A stretch of DNA of 32,463 nt from positions 1 to 32,463 of the IMG/VR virus record IMGVR_UViG_3300022683_000007. One strand, given 5' to 3'. Below the pieces are notes generated by a model. That model was not told where the DNA came from. It did not search any database and was given only the letters and a program-made list of their open reading frames with translations. This DNA comes from a virus. Each line of letters opens with the position of its first letter. Within the stretch, counting starts at the first letter, position 1. A program made the translations under genes and the position numbers. This document shows positions 1 through 9,600 of the stretch, piece by piece.

Positions 1-99
1 GCTTCAGCATCTCGATAAGGTTACGCATTAGTTTCTCACTGTCTGAATTACTTTCTCGGCTGAACGCCCAACAACGTAGCCACCCAGACCTAACTGTAA
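1..99. repeat. Terminal exact direct repeat, copy 1 (identical to 32365..32463); signature of circular closure or terminal redundancy
   Basis: Read directly: bases 1-99 (gcttcagcatctcgataagg...gacctaactgtaa) match 32365-32463 base for base. Removing one copy gives a 32,364-bp unit. In that unit the holin stop (28-30) and the endolysin ATG (32390-32392, equivalent to 26-28) overlap as TAATG. Confidence 0.95.
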
Positions 100-417
100 C
101 AGGGTCCAGGCCTCATCGCGTAATGGATTTGGTAGCCAGCCCAATGCGTCACCAACGGCTAATGCTAGGAAAGTTAACATTGTAATCGGTCGCCAAGTAG
201 CAGTTATCCAATGCTCTGACTTAGCCTCTGCTGATACGATCTCAGCCTTGGCTGTCATTATTTCACGTTCGTATTTGAGAGAGGAATCTAGGACTAGGGC
301 TTGTATCTCTAGCAGGCGCCTGTGTTGTTTAATGCGTTCTTCTTCAGACGTGTGTAGCTCGTCGATCAACTCAGCAGCGGGTTTGAATATCCCCGCTATT
401 AAATCGATGAAGCCCAC
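28..417 (-). CDS. Holin-like protein resembling the '3-TM holin for gene-transfer release' (GTA-type holin) family
   Basis: 129-aa ORF with a GTG start that shares one base with the TAG stop of the upstream ORF (TAGTG, 415-419). The N-terminus is MGFIDLIAGIFKPAAELIDE, followed by a charged helical segment. Hydrophobic segments follow (WITATWRPITMLTFLALAVGDALGWL; WTLLQLGLGGYVVG). Its TAA overlaps the endolysin ATG across the circular junction. The family assignment is from memory of the motif pattern. Confidence 0.65.
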   Translation of the reverse strand: MGFIDLIAGIFKPAAELIDELHTSEEERIKQHRRLLEIQALVLDSSLKYEREIMTAKAEIVSAEAKSEHWITATWRPITMLTFLALAVGDALGWLPNPLRDEAWTLLQLGLGGYVVGRSAEKVIQTVRN

Positions 418-749
418 TAGATGCCGCCTTTAATCCACAACCCAATCACGCCCATAACACCAGCCATAATAAGCCGTTCAATCCACTGGTTCTTGGCTAT
501 GGAGATTTCTATTGCTTGCAATCTTTTCTCGTGCCCTTTAACTTCTTCTTTAATGAGTGACTCGACGTTATCCAATCGCTTATGCGCCCTATCAATACTG
601 GTGTGAGAGTTAGCCTGGCGTTGTTCCAAGACACTGAGTTTTTCTAGCGATGATGCTATCGAGTTTAATGCAGACTTCATGTCCCTTAGATCATCAGCCA
701 TAGCCTCTTGCTGTACTTGTAGCTTGGCTACTGCCGATTCAACAGACAT
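417..749 (-). CDS. Tail-anchored coiled-coil membrane protein in the lysis cassette (possible holin regulator or non-canonical spanin-like protein)
   Basis: 110 aa, with an ATG preceded by a GGGG SD 6 nt upstream. The first ~85 aa are charged and heptad-like (LEKLSVLEQRQ...HKRLDNVESLIKEEVKGHEKRLQAIE). There is a single C-terminal hydrophobic segment, LIMAGVMGVIGLWI. It lies between two membrane-protein genes and upstream of the endolysin. Confidence 0.5.
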   Translation of the reverse strand: MSVESAVAKLQVQQEAMADDLRDMKSALNSIASSLEKLSVLEQRQANSHTSIDRAHKRLDNVESLIKEEVKGHEKRLQAIEISIAKNQWIERLIMAGVMGVIGLWIKGGI

Positions 750-752
750 AAA

Positions 753-1016
753 TTACCCCTTAATCTGCTTTAAATTATGTAAGACAACAATAATATAAAC
801 GCCATTCAATAACCAAACAACCCAGTGGTCAAAGACCAATAGACCAATGATGATTATTGATAACGACTTCATGACTATTAAACCTTGAACAGGCCCAATC
901 ATTCTAAAGACGTAGTTCAATAACGGATTCATCTCGCGCCCGTTCATCTTCAAAGCCGTGAGGGTAGTCCATGAGTCAGCGACTTGTAAGAGTATGAACA
1001 GTAGGAAAGCTATCAT
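753..1016 (-). CDS. Small polytopic membrane protein (DUF5658-like); first gene of the lysis cassette
   Basis: 87 aa, with an ATGA start/stop overlap with the upstream fibre gene. Three hydrophobic segments are visible (IAFLLFILLQVA; GPVQGLIVMKSLSIIIIGLLVF; VVWLLNGVYIIVVL). No Cys or lipobox. Confidence 0.5.
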   Translation of the reverse strand: MIAFLLFILLQVADSWTTLTALKMNGREMNPLLNYVFRMIGPVQGLIVMKSLSIIIIGLLVFDHWVVWLLNGVYIIVVLHNLKQIKG

Positions 1017-3343
1017 CGCGCCACCGAATTCTTAAATGGACTCTCGGCAAATGCCATGTATATGTATGTAGACCCAGATGCGTTGTGATCTGTGTTCGGA
1101 TTTAATATTTTAAAACCATTAGATAGTAGGTCTATACTTGTTCCACTTGACTCTGCGAGGTCTAAGTTTGGATAAAGCGCTGGATTGTCTCCGTTGTAAC
1201 CTTCTCGTTTATTGTCAGCCAATATCCAATTTCCAGTTCCTCCTATTGCTCTTTTATAAAGAACAAACGCAGGTTTAAACCCTGTATAAACAAATGGTCC
1301 ATCCGCTGATCCATTGCCGACATAAGTTCCGATCTTGCTGAAGCCTTCAACCTCTGCAAAGCAATAGGCAATATGCGGGTCACCTGCGCTTCCGTATGAG
1401 GTAAATACACTGCTTGTTGGGCTTGTGTTATTCCAAAAAAAACTGCTTGTGACTGCGGCAGATGTCAGGTTTAGATATATTCCCTGTGTGTTTCCAAGAC
1501 TTTGGTGATAAACAGACCAGTTTGTTGGCACATTTCTTGTTTTGGCAATTATTAAATTTGGGGCAACACCTAACCCATGACCAATAGCGTCAGGATTTGT
1601 TGTTGCAGTGTACGAAACAATACTAAACCCAGCGTTTACGTTAGCACTAACCTGTGAAGTGATTGATCCGTCTGTATTAGATACTGCTGTGCCGCCAGCT
1701 TTCCATACCCACGCAACCGAATTACCAGAAGGTGCTGAATAAGTAGTCTCTGCCGCAGTAGTGTTTGACTGAAGAACACCTGTGCCTCTGACAGTATCAA
1801 TAAGCTGGTGGTTGTTTGAGTTGGCTCGGTCTTTAATCCACACCAAAGAGCTATCGAAAACAGCTTCTGCCGTAGCCTTTATGTTAGCGCCTGTGTCTAG
1901 CACCACATTAAACTGAGTCTCGCTGTCTACAATAGTAGGTTCAGGCAGGTTGTCAGTGCATAGGGCTAGATAGCCTGTAGGTGGAGTGTAGTAGAAGTCA
2001 CCAATGCCGTTAGCGTCTGTGTTTCCTTGACGTGTTTTGATTCCTGCGAATGATGAGTCGGCTCCTGCATTTACAGTAAGGAGCCAGTATCCACTGACAT
2101 CTCTATATGGCTCCGCAATCATCTTATAAGTTCCACTGGGCGTAAATGTTCTATCTGGATTTGCCCCAGTGTCTGGATCGCCACTACCGTTCCATACACC
2201 ATCTTTACCAACCCACAACTTGCCAGCATCAAGATCAATGGCAATCTGCATAACCGTGCCTACTGCGCTTCCGCTAAAACCCAATGCACTAAACGCGCCC
2301 TCACTATAAGCAAACCAAGAAGTGCTACCAGTAGAATATGTAGCTCCAAGACGATCAGAGCCATCGTGCATGCCAAAGATTCCGGCTGCTCCATTTCCCG
2401 AATAACTAAAAGCATTTAAGGTGGTCTCCATATACCACTTTCCAGAAGAAACACCAACTGTGCCGTATGCAATAACATCGTCCCCTGGTGGACTTGACAA
2501 AAAAGTCTTTAGGTTGCCTTCTGAAAGAATTAGGGCAGCCGACTTATCTAAAGGATTCAAGACACTAAAGTTATTCGTAGGCGTATCAAGCATCTGATCT
2601 GTGCTTGCTAGGTTAGTAGGCGTCCAATCGTTAGTGTTGCCGCTTGTGTCATCGCCTAGTGCAGCACCGTCTTTAAACTCTAAATAGAATCCGTTAGTGC
2701 CGTATGTGCCTTCGTATTTCTTAGGTGACCACTCGCCTGTTACTGAATCAATCTTACCGAAAGCGTTAGGGGTTAGGGCTTGACCGTCTATGAAGTTGAC
2801 TTCTGCCATGTAGCCGTCAAAAAAATCAGTGGGCTGAGGTTGCGATCCTATTGTATGAGGATAAGTAGTATTTACTGTTAAATCTTGATTTAACGATGGA
2901 TACGTTGCTGTGGAAAATGAAGTTACCTGCTCTCCGTTGACATATATTTTAACTCTGTCGGATGCGGTTGCTTGGGTTGTATCCACTACACAAATTAAAT
3001 GATACCAACCAGAGGTGTCTCTTAGCTTTGCGCTACTGCTTACAATTCCACTAAAAGAGTCTAGAAACCTAATTTCATCATCATAAAAGTAAAATAAACC
3101 ATACGGAGCTAAGCTTCCGTTTCTAGCTTCAAACAACGTATAAAAACCGGAAGCGGCAAGATTCCCACGCTTAACCCAGCCACTCCATGTCCACGTCTTA
3201 CGGTTACCCGCTACACTTGGTGTACGCGTTAAAATAGCTGAGTCGTTATCGTTGAAGCGTAGCGAGTTAGTAACAGAAAATCCCCCGCCACCACCACCTA
3301 GAGCCGCGATCTCTTGAAATAGGTTAATGCCGAGGTCAATCAT
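1013..3343 (-). CDS. Large virion fibre/adhesin with LamG (concanavalin-A-like lectin) and SPRY-like domains
   Basis: 776 aa. LamG-type signature: WTWSGWVKR...SGWYHLICVVD...VKIYVNGEQV...FFDGYMAEVNFIDGQAL. SPRY-type signature: SSGKWYMETTL...AAGIFG. It has an N-terminal G5 linker and is the last structural gene before the lysis genes. Confidence 0.6.
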   Translation of the reverse strand: MIDLGINLFQEIAALGGGGGGFSVTNSLRFNDNDSAILTRTPSVAGNRKTWTWSGWVKRGNLAASGFYTLFEARNGSLAPYGLFYFYDDEIRFLDSFSGIVSSSAKLRDTSGWYHLICVVDTTQATASDRVKIYVNGEQVTSFSTATYPSLNQDLTVNTTYPHTIGSQPQPTDFFDGYMAEVNFIDGQALTPNAFGKIDSVTGEWSPKKYEGTYGTNGFYLEFKDGAALGDDTSGNTNDWTPTNLASTDQMLDTPTNNFSVLNPLDKSAALILSEGNLKTFLSSPPGDDVIAYGTVGVSSGKWYMETTLNAFSYSGNGAAGIFGMHDGSDRLGATYSTGSTSWFAYSEGAFSALGFSGSAVGTVMQIAIDLDAGKLWVGKDGVWNGSGDPDTGANPDRTFTPSGTYKMIAEPYRDVSGYWLLTVNAGADSSFAGIKTRQGNTDANGIGDFYYTPPTGYLALCTDNLPEPTIVDSETQFNVVLDTGANIKATAEAVFDSSLVWIKDRANSNNHQLIDTVRGTGVLQSNTTAAETTYSAPSGNSVAWVWKAGGTAVSNTDGSITSQVSANVNAGFSIVSYTATTNPDAIGHGLGVAPNLIIAKTRNVPTNWSVYHQSLGNTQGIYLNLTSAAVTSSFFWNNTSPTSSVFTSYGSAGDPHIAYCFAEVEGFSKIGTYVGNGSADGPFVYTGFKPAFVLYKRAIGGTGNWILADNKREGYNGDNPALYPNLDLAESSGTSIDLLSNGFKILNPNTDHNASGSTYIYMAFAESPFKNSVAR

Positions 3344-3344
3344 A

Positions 3345-3599
3345 TTAGTACACCGCTACAATGTTGGTTGCGTCAGTTCCAGTGGAATAAACTTTTAATA
3401 TCCGAACAGGTAGGATAGAGCCAGCTAATACACCCGTGAAGGTAACTGTATCACCGCCCAATGTATCCACCTTAATAGCGCCAGCGCCACCAACAAACAA
3501 AGCACGAGCCGCGTGTGTTAGGTTAGCTGAGTCGTTAGGGGTTACAGCAAAAGCGTTACTTGCTGGTGCATCATATCCGCTTGCGTCTTTCATGGTCAT
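3345..3599 (-). CDS. Small beta-rich virion protein resembling the 'spike base' family (RcGTA head-spike base type)
   Basis: 84 aa with a GGAG SD 7 nt upstream. The sequence AVTPNDSANL..ARALFVGGAGAIKVDTLGGDTVTFTGVLAGSILPVRILKVYSTGTDATNIVAVY matches my recollection of that family. It lies directly upstream of the large fibre gene, the same small-plus-large pairing as in RcGTA. Confidence 0.4.
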   Translation of the reverse strand: MTMKDASGYDAPASNAFAVTPNDSANLTHAARALFVGGAGAIKVDTLGGDTVTFTGVLAGSILPVRILKVYSTGTDATNIVAVY

Positions 3600-3601
3600 A
3601 T

Positions 3602-3754
3602 TTAACTCCTTGCTGTTTTAGCAGCGTCTTTAAAATCTTTAGCAGTAGGCGCACCTTTAGTGCCAGGCTTTCGCATACGCTCACCAGAACCAGAAGCAAT
3701 TCGCTCCCGCTTCTTCTGTATGTAATAGTATAAACCTTTCTTGGGTTTTCTCAT
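3602..3754 (-). CDS. Small basic protein (MRKPKKGLYYYIQKKRERI... type)
   Basis: The track ORF is 3602..3790 (62 aa). No SD precedes the ATG at 3790, whereas GGTGAG lies just upstream of the internal ATG at 3754. I therefore prefer the 50-aa form. The protein is Lys/Arg-rich. Confidence 0.45.
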   Translation of the reverse strand: MRKPKKGLYYYIQKKRERIASGSGERMRKPGTKGAPTAKDFKDAAKTARS

Positions 3755-3810
3755 AAACTCACCACTTACTCTTGTTATACCCAGATACATTTATTCTTTT
3801 AAGTAGAGAC

Positions 3811-6648
3811 TTAGACATTCCATTCAACTTCCAATGATCTGGCAACACTTGCCTGGCATGATTTAATAATCTCGGCCTTACAGTGGATAGTCTCTGCTGC
3901 CGTGTCACCATCTAGTGACAGTGTAACAACGTCAGTGGCTATAGTAACTCTTACCCTTCCACCAGTAATTGGGTCGCTAACAGAGGTGTATCTTTTCCCA
4001 GATAGAACAGCGGTGGCTCCACTTTGACCATTTAAAAGAAACTCTAAAGTACCACTGTAGTCACGAACATTATTAGCCATATGCAAGCGCACCAGTATTA
4101 CGCCATCTACACTGGCTTGACCAAAGGTAATCACTGCGAAATCTGTTTGCGCTGTTCCTGCATGCCATAATTCTCTAGTCGTCAAAGATTGACTGCCAAC
4201 AACGTACTGGCTTGAGTCATTAACCCAATGCCTAATCTGACCTTCTACACCAGTGCCGACAATCTTATTATCAAAGTCTTGCACATCATAAGAAGTGTTA
4301 TACACCAAAGCGTAGTCAGCGTTACCGTTTGTTTTAATATAGTTGTTTGAGACTCTGACATAATCCATGTTCGATCCTGTCGAAACAAAGAAGTCACAGC
4401 TATTATTTGTTCCAGATGGCGGTGTCAAAGTAGACCAGCTATCGGTAACAATGTTTCCATCAATAACAGTGTAATCCCCATCTCCAACCAGAATCGACAT
4501 ACCAGCGCCTTGGGTCTCGCGGATAATGTTGTTCTTAATTGAGCAGGTTAGATAGTCGTTAATGTTTATTCCTTGGAACGATTGGAATAATTCATTGCCA
4601 GCTATATAAACATCCCCAGCGTCATCTAGATTAATGTCAACTCTGTTTAGCTTGTTGTTTGTAATAGTAATCGTTCTAAATCTATCGCTAGAATCAGTAA
4701 CATCAGTATGAATAATAATTGAGTTACCCGCTTTAACTGGATCGTTCTTACTAATAAACGAGTTTCCATCAATTAAAATATCAACATTGTCTGGCGCAGC
4801 GTTTGTGCTGCCGTCATAAATCTTAATAATGTTATCGCTAAATGGAGCCGCAGTATCTAGGTTTAGGTAGTTGTTGTTTACAATTTGTAAATTGCTAGTG
4901 TGAGATTGAGTGGCATCTCCAACCCTAATGATATTAATAAACCGACCAAAACTATTTGCAAGATAAGAGCCTGAACACTCCATTAAATTGCCAGAAAATA
5001 AATAGTTATATCCTACCGATTCGGTTCCATAAAATCCCTGTGAGCCAATGTTAGCTACGTCTGGCCCCACGCCACCTGTTACGTCACGCGTAATGTCCAT
5101 GATTTTATTATTGATAAAACTGTTGTAATCCGATCCTATCGTACAACCAGAACCGTGAAACGTGCAGTTCGCATAAGTCGAATGCTCTACGTTACCGTGA
5201 AAGTCGCCAGCAAACGCACCGTTCTGAGATGAAAGCGTACAGCCAGTTACGATAATGTTTCGGTTGACAATGTTTAAGCCGTCAGCCGCGCCACCGACAC
5301 TTATTGCGTGCCATCTTGAAATACCATTACAGTTGTCAACTCTAATTCGTTGCGAGTTTCCGATTAGGAAAGGGTACATATTAAATGTAACACCAACATA
5401 ATCAGCAATCTTGTTAGAGCAATTAGATACCGAAACGTCATAGCAGTTGTGCAGATAAATACAAGAATATCCAGCTGATAAATTTACGTTAACATTATCA
5501 ATATTACACTGGCGCCCAAAGTGAATATCAATACCAACAAACAAACTACCAGTTGAGATAATGTCAAAATCTTTTAGTGAAACACTGATTGTGGATACTT
5601 TGTAAAGTTTAGAAGTTGCAGACCCATAGGCATCGTAGAAACTTTCATCGAACGAAACTTCTGCGCCACTAACATAGTTAACAGTAAGGTATTCACCTTT
5701 GTAATAGTTTGCCCTTCTTGATGAATAACTAAAATCGTTATCGTCCCAGATCGCAAATAAATCATCAGCCGCAAACCCGTGACCAGAAGATGAGAATGTG
5801 TATCTTCGATCACCAGCGGCAATAGCGTTTGAGTTTGATTCAATCAGTGTTCCACCGCCACCGTTAAAATCAAATGCAGCTTCATCATCAGCTAAACCGC
5901 TAACGTCAATCTTAGTGTTCGGCCCATCACCATAAATAAAGATATCTCGGGTTACAACGATGGGAGAGGATAGCGCATAAGTACCAGATGGAATGTAGAT
6001 AGCCTTAGCACCAGAAGCCACAGCCGCAATAAATGCCGCAGTAGCGTCAGTGCCATTACCAAGAGCGCCAAAGTCTTTAACCGAAACCGTGTCATCTAGC
6101 CTGGCTTGTACAGTTCTTTGAACCGATCCAGTGTAGCCAGCTTTGTAAAGTGTGCTACTTGCGTCACCAACCGTAGTAGCGATTGTTTCAACGTTACCAC
6201 TTGCGTCAAAGGTTAAGACTTTATTCGCCCGAGCAGCCGCAGCGGGTAGCTCCATATTGATTGAGTCAGCATCCGTAATCGGCTTTCTTACTGCTCGCGT
6301 ATCAACTTCTTCATTCTGCTGTACCGCTAGCCATAATCGATCAAAGTCAGCGTTTACCTCAGCCGCTAGAAAATCACCAGACGTTTGATAGTCGGTCGTT
6401 CTTTCATACGCCATGTCACGATACAGGGTAATCGTGTCGCCAGCAGTAGCACCAGAAGTAAAGGTAATGTTTCCACCGTTGTTATTACCAACGCCAGATA
6501 CCGTGTAATCAGTGCCTTCAGATAAGGTTGTGCTGTTTTGTACTACAACAACATCGTCCTTGTTGAAGATTTCAAACGTGTATGGAAATACCGTCTGCCC
6601 ACTGGTAGCGGTATACTGGTCTCTGCTTGTGTTGTCTGCTACTGTCAT
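3811..6648 (-). CDS. Tail fibre/tailspike with a pectate-lyase-type right-handed beta-helix (probable polysaccharide depolymerase)
   Basis: 945 aa. The N-terminal ~110 aa look like a podovirus tail-fibre attachment module (TATSGQTVFPYTFEIF...TLYRD...ADFDRLW). Next comes VKDFGALGNGTDATAAFIAAVASGAKAIYIPSGTYAL, a pectate-lyase-3-type start. Many Asn/Gly/Ile-rich beta-helix-like repeats follow. ATGA overlap with the upstream gene. Confidence 0.8.
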   Translation of the reverse strand: MTVADNTSRDQYTATSGQTVFPYTFEIFNKDDVVVVQNSTTLSEGTDYTVSGVGNNNGGNITFTSGATAGDTITLYRDMAYERTTDYQTSGDFLAAEVNADFDRLWLAVQQNEEVDTRAVRKPITDADSINMELPAAAARANKVLTFDASGNVETIATTVGDASSTLYKAGYTGSVQRTVQARLDDTVSVKDFGALGNGTDATAAFIAAVASGAKAIYIPSGTYALSSPIVVTRDIFIYGDGPNTKIDVSGLADDEAAFDFNGGGGTLIESNSNAIAAGDRRYTFSSSGHGFAADDLFAIWDDNDFSYSSRRANYYKGEYLTVNYVSGAEVSFDESFYDAYGSATSKLYKVSTISVSLKDFDIISTGSLFVGIDIHFGRQCNIDNVNVNLSAGYSCIYLHNCYDVSVSNCSNKIADYVGVTFNMYPFLIGNSQRIRVDNCNGISRWHAISVGGAADGLNIVNRNIIVTGCTLSSQNGAFAGDFHGNVEHSTYANCTFHGSGCTIGSDYNSFINNKIMDITRDVTGGVGPDVANIGSQGFYGTESVGYNYLFSGNLMECSGSYLANSFGRFINIIRVGDATQSHTSNLQIVNNNYLNLDTAAPFSDNIIKIYDGSTNAAPDNVDILIDGNSFISKNDPVKAGNSIIIHTDVTDSSDRFRTITITNNKLNRVDINLDDAGDVYIAGNELFQSFQGININDYLTCSIKNNIIRETQGAGMSILVGDGDYTVIDGNIVTDSWSTLTPPSGTNNSCDFFVSTGSNMDYVRVSNNYIKTNGNADYALVYNTSYDVQDFDNKIVGTGVEGQIRHWVNDSSQYVVGSQSLTTRELWHAGTAQTDFAVITFGQASVDGVILVRLHMANNVRDYSGTLEFLLNGQSGATAVLSGKRYTSVSDPITGGRVRVTIATDVVTLSLDGDTAAETIHCKAEIIKSCQASVARSLEVEWNV

Positions 6649-9600
6649 AAGTCACCCACCTTTTCTTCTATTGTATCAAAACCTTGTCTAATAAACGTCA
6701 AGTTTTGGTACGGTATTAAACGTCTAAGGGCTCTCGTGTCAGATTCACCCCAACCATCTTCTGCTAGTCCAGCATTTGCTACTCGCAACGAAGTATCCAA
6801 TAAACTGCCAACGGTAGGCCCAAGCAAATTTTCAGACATACTTCTTGAAACAAATCGTGCCGCGCCTCTTTCAATTCCAAGCAAAGGCCTTAGCCCAAAG
6901 TTATTGCTAGATAGTTTCTCTAACGTATTGTTAATTTCCATTAGGCTTCCAAGAACACCAGCCCTATCTATGCCCTCTACAATTAACTCTACAGGGTCAT
7001 CAGATATTTCTCGCTTGGCGTCCCACTGTTTAAACGCGTATGCCATTGTTCCAATGCTAGTTAACATTAATACGCCAGCTACCGCATTATGATCTTGCCC
7101 TTGCAATGCGCCAATCAACATTCTTTGTGTGGAAGCAAACATAAACGAACGGAATTGAAATATTGTCTTACCTAGCTCGCTAGACATAAACAATGGCTTT
7201 TCTTGCCCTGGAACAACAATTACTCGATCAGATTCTTTTCTAATTGCTGCCGCCCACATTTCATAAAGAGCAGGTGAGTCCCAGTTTTTAGCATTAGATA
7301 TCCACACGCCGTCTACTTTTTCAGCGTGTTTTTTTAGCTGTCTAGCAATGTTTTCAGCGTTGGCATTATCAATACCCAGCCGAGCAAGGCGCTTGTCAAT
7401 CTTGCCTTTTAGTAGGTCATCAATAACCCCGTTCTGCATTGTTACTGCGTGAAGTTGTTTAACACCAGCCGTCCAATAATCCATTAAATTGATTCGACCA
7501 AAGTTATCAGTCATAGACTGTAATCCACGCTCAAATGCTGTGCCTGGCTGTGTATAGTCAACAACATCAGCGATAATTTGAGATCGACCACCCATTAAAG
7601 CGTCAATTCCAACACCGTATCTTTTGGCTTCTGCAGCAGAAACTTTAAATGTTTTTAAATTTTTAGCTAGTGGCAATAAGCCTTTTGAGAATGTTCTAGC
7701 AACACCCTCTGCCATAAAGATTCGGGCAACGTCTGGAACGGATGAGGCGACAATGCCACCCATGAATCTAAGATAATTAAGATTTCTTGACACGCGGCCA
7801 GCACGAACCCAGATGTTATTAGGGTCAACATCACCATACACGCCACGAATTCTATCTCTCATAGCGGCAAGGTCTTTAATATCTGCGTCATACTCCGCTA
7901 CTAATGCAAGGCGCTCTTTTTCAGTTTTGGCATTATCTAAAGCGGTTTTATGCCATGCTTCCATTTCTTTAAAAGCATCGGTCATTCCAACATCGCCAAA
8001 CTTTTTGGTAAGTTCTAAGTCGGCGGCAGTCTGTCGAAGATACATACGCCCCAAGTCTTCAATATTGTTATCCATGAACTTCTCTACCATATTATCTGGT
8101 ATCTGAAATACACGAGACTTTAGCGGCCCCCTTAGACCACTAGCGCCATTGAGACCTCCAGACTTTGAACCTTCACCCATTTTCCAATCATAGGGAAGTT
8201 TGCCATCTGGCGTCCCCATAATCCTCTGGGCTATCTGTCTAGCGATATCTTCATAGTCAAAATCTTCAAGCTCTTTAGCTTCTTTAAACTCTGCCTTATC
8301 AATAATAGCTTGTAGCTTTGTTCGTTCGGCTCCAGTTGCGTCAACAATCTTTATTCTTGCATCTTGGGCTTTAGAAAATAGATTTAAGTCTTCGTCTTTT
8401 AGCCACCTAGACACTACTTTTACAAAGTCTGGAAGCTCTGCTGCCACTTTGTTTTTGTTCCATCTGCGGTTTAAATAATTAACAGCGGTAGTAACATCAA
8501 CGTCTTCAGGCAACAGCTTAGTTTCAATCAACTCATTTTTAATAGGATCGTACAATTCTTTTTGCCAAGCCTTGGCTGCCGCCTCAACTTCTGGAATATC
8601 GTGCCGACCCTCGCGTATGGCTGTAGAAACAGCCTCATTGAACTGCAAGCGCTTCATAGTACCTTTGCCTTTGTTGCGCTTCCTGTACGCCCTAAACGCG
8701 TCTGTATGCGCCTGCAAGGCGGCATTGTAGTAACCATCTTTAATCTTTGTTAAGCTCTCTGCCGCCGTCATAGACGGCCCGTCCATCTTGTATGGATTCT
8801 CAGCCAACATATTAGCAATTCGTCTTGTTTCTGGATTTGCGCTAGTAAGGGTTCTTGATAGCGGATCAAAGCCCAAAGCCTTAGCTAAAAACTTTCCAGT
8901 TTTCCCAGATACCTGCTGACCATTTGCTACTTGAGCAGCGCCCACGCTTAACTGCTCTGGAGTTATGCCCTCTGCCTCTGCTTCTGCTTTTATTTTTTCA
9001 GATTGAAAATCAAAAACAGTATCTTCGCCTCTAGCAATCCTTGGCTCCACATTCATAGAGCGTTCGATTTCTTCTAGTTGCGATTTGTTAATGTATCGGT
9101 TTAGTTGATTTGCGCCTACACCAATGGCGCTACCAAGTAAAAACGATGCACCAACATTAATAGCAGACTCACCTATGGTGCGCTCTAATTGTGTAGAGTG
9201 CAGTGCCGCCTCTGTAACCGCAGAGCTTGCAGAAGAAATAGAGCCAGTAATAATACCAGCGCTTAAAATAGAGTTGCCTGCCTTATAGGTTTTAGCAACC
9301 GCGCCACCTATAGGGATTAGGTTAATTGGGTCAGCAATAGCTACGCCAGCACCAATTACAAACGACATAGCGCCGCCCTTTCTAATAGTTTCTCTATCTG
9401 CCTTTTCTTTAGCAGACTGTCTACGCAAAGCGTTTATCTCATCGACTGTATCGGCAAGAGCAGCATTACTAACAAAAACGTCGTCTAGCGCTTCTTCTTC
9501 AGTAAGGTAGTCAAATGGATTAAATGAGCGATCATCAACCCGTCTAGGCAACCCTTCTTCTTGGGCTAAAAACGAGCCTATTGTGTTTTCCTGTCTCCAT

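Noticed and set aside
417-749. An embedded Rz1-like o-spanin in another frame of the coiled-coil gene.
   Set aside because: My hand scan of the minus-strand sequence found only in-frame ATGs and one 2-codon out-of-frame ORF. There is no lipobox-bearing ORF.
3774-3802. Promoter-like hexamers TTAAAA-N17-TATAAC (minus sense) after the tailspike gene.
   Set aside because: The -35 match is weak, there is no supporting motif conservation, and the site lies in the middle of an apparently continuous late operon. That is too speculative for a feature.
6538-7092. A 184-aa plus-strand ORF, plus the other plus-strand track ORFs that lie antisense to minus-strand genes. These are 248-433, 421-606, 3436-3621, 6152-6388, 7813-8106, 8562-8753, 9583-9837, 9924-10136, 10397-10654, 10611-10841, 12138-12461, 13430-13711, 14396-14848, 15996-16229, 16255-16437, 16953-17243, 17550-17795, 18417-18632, 19417-19671, 19709-20005, 20078-20317, 21441-21638, 21773-22024, 21916-22137, 23124-23423, 25282-25515, 26615-26797, 26849-27055 and 30734-31222.
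   Set aside because: All lie entirely inside well-supported minus-strand genes. They lack SD sequences and have Ser/Leu/Cys/Arg-rich shadow-ORF composition with no recognisable motifs.
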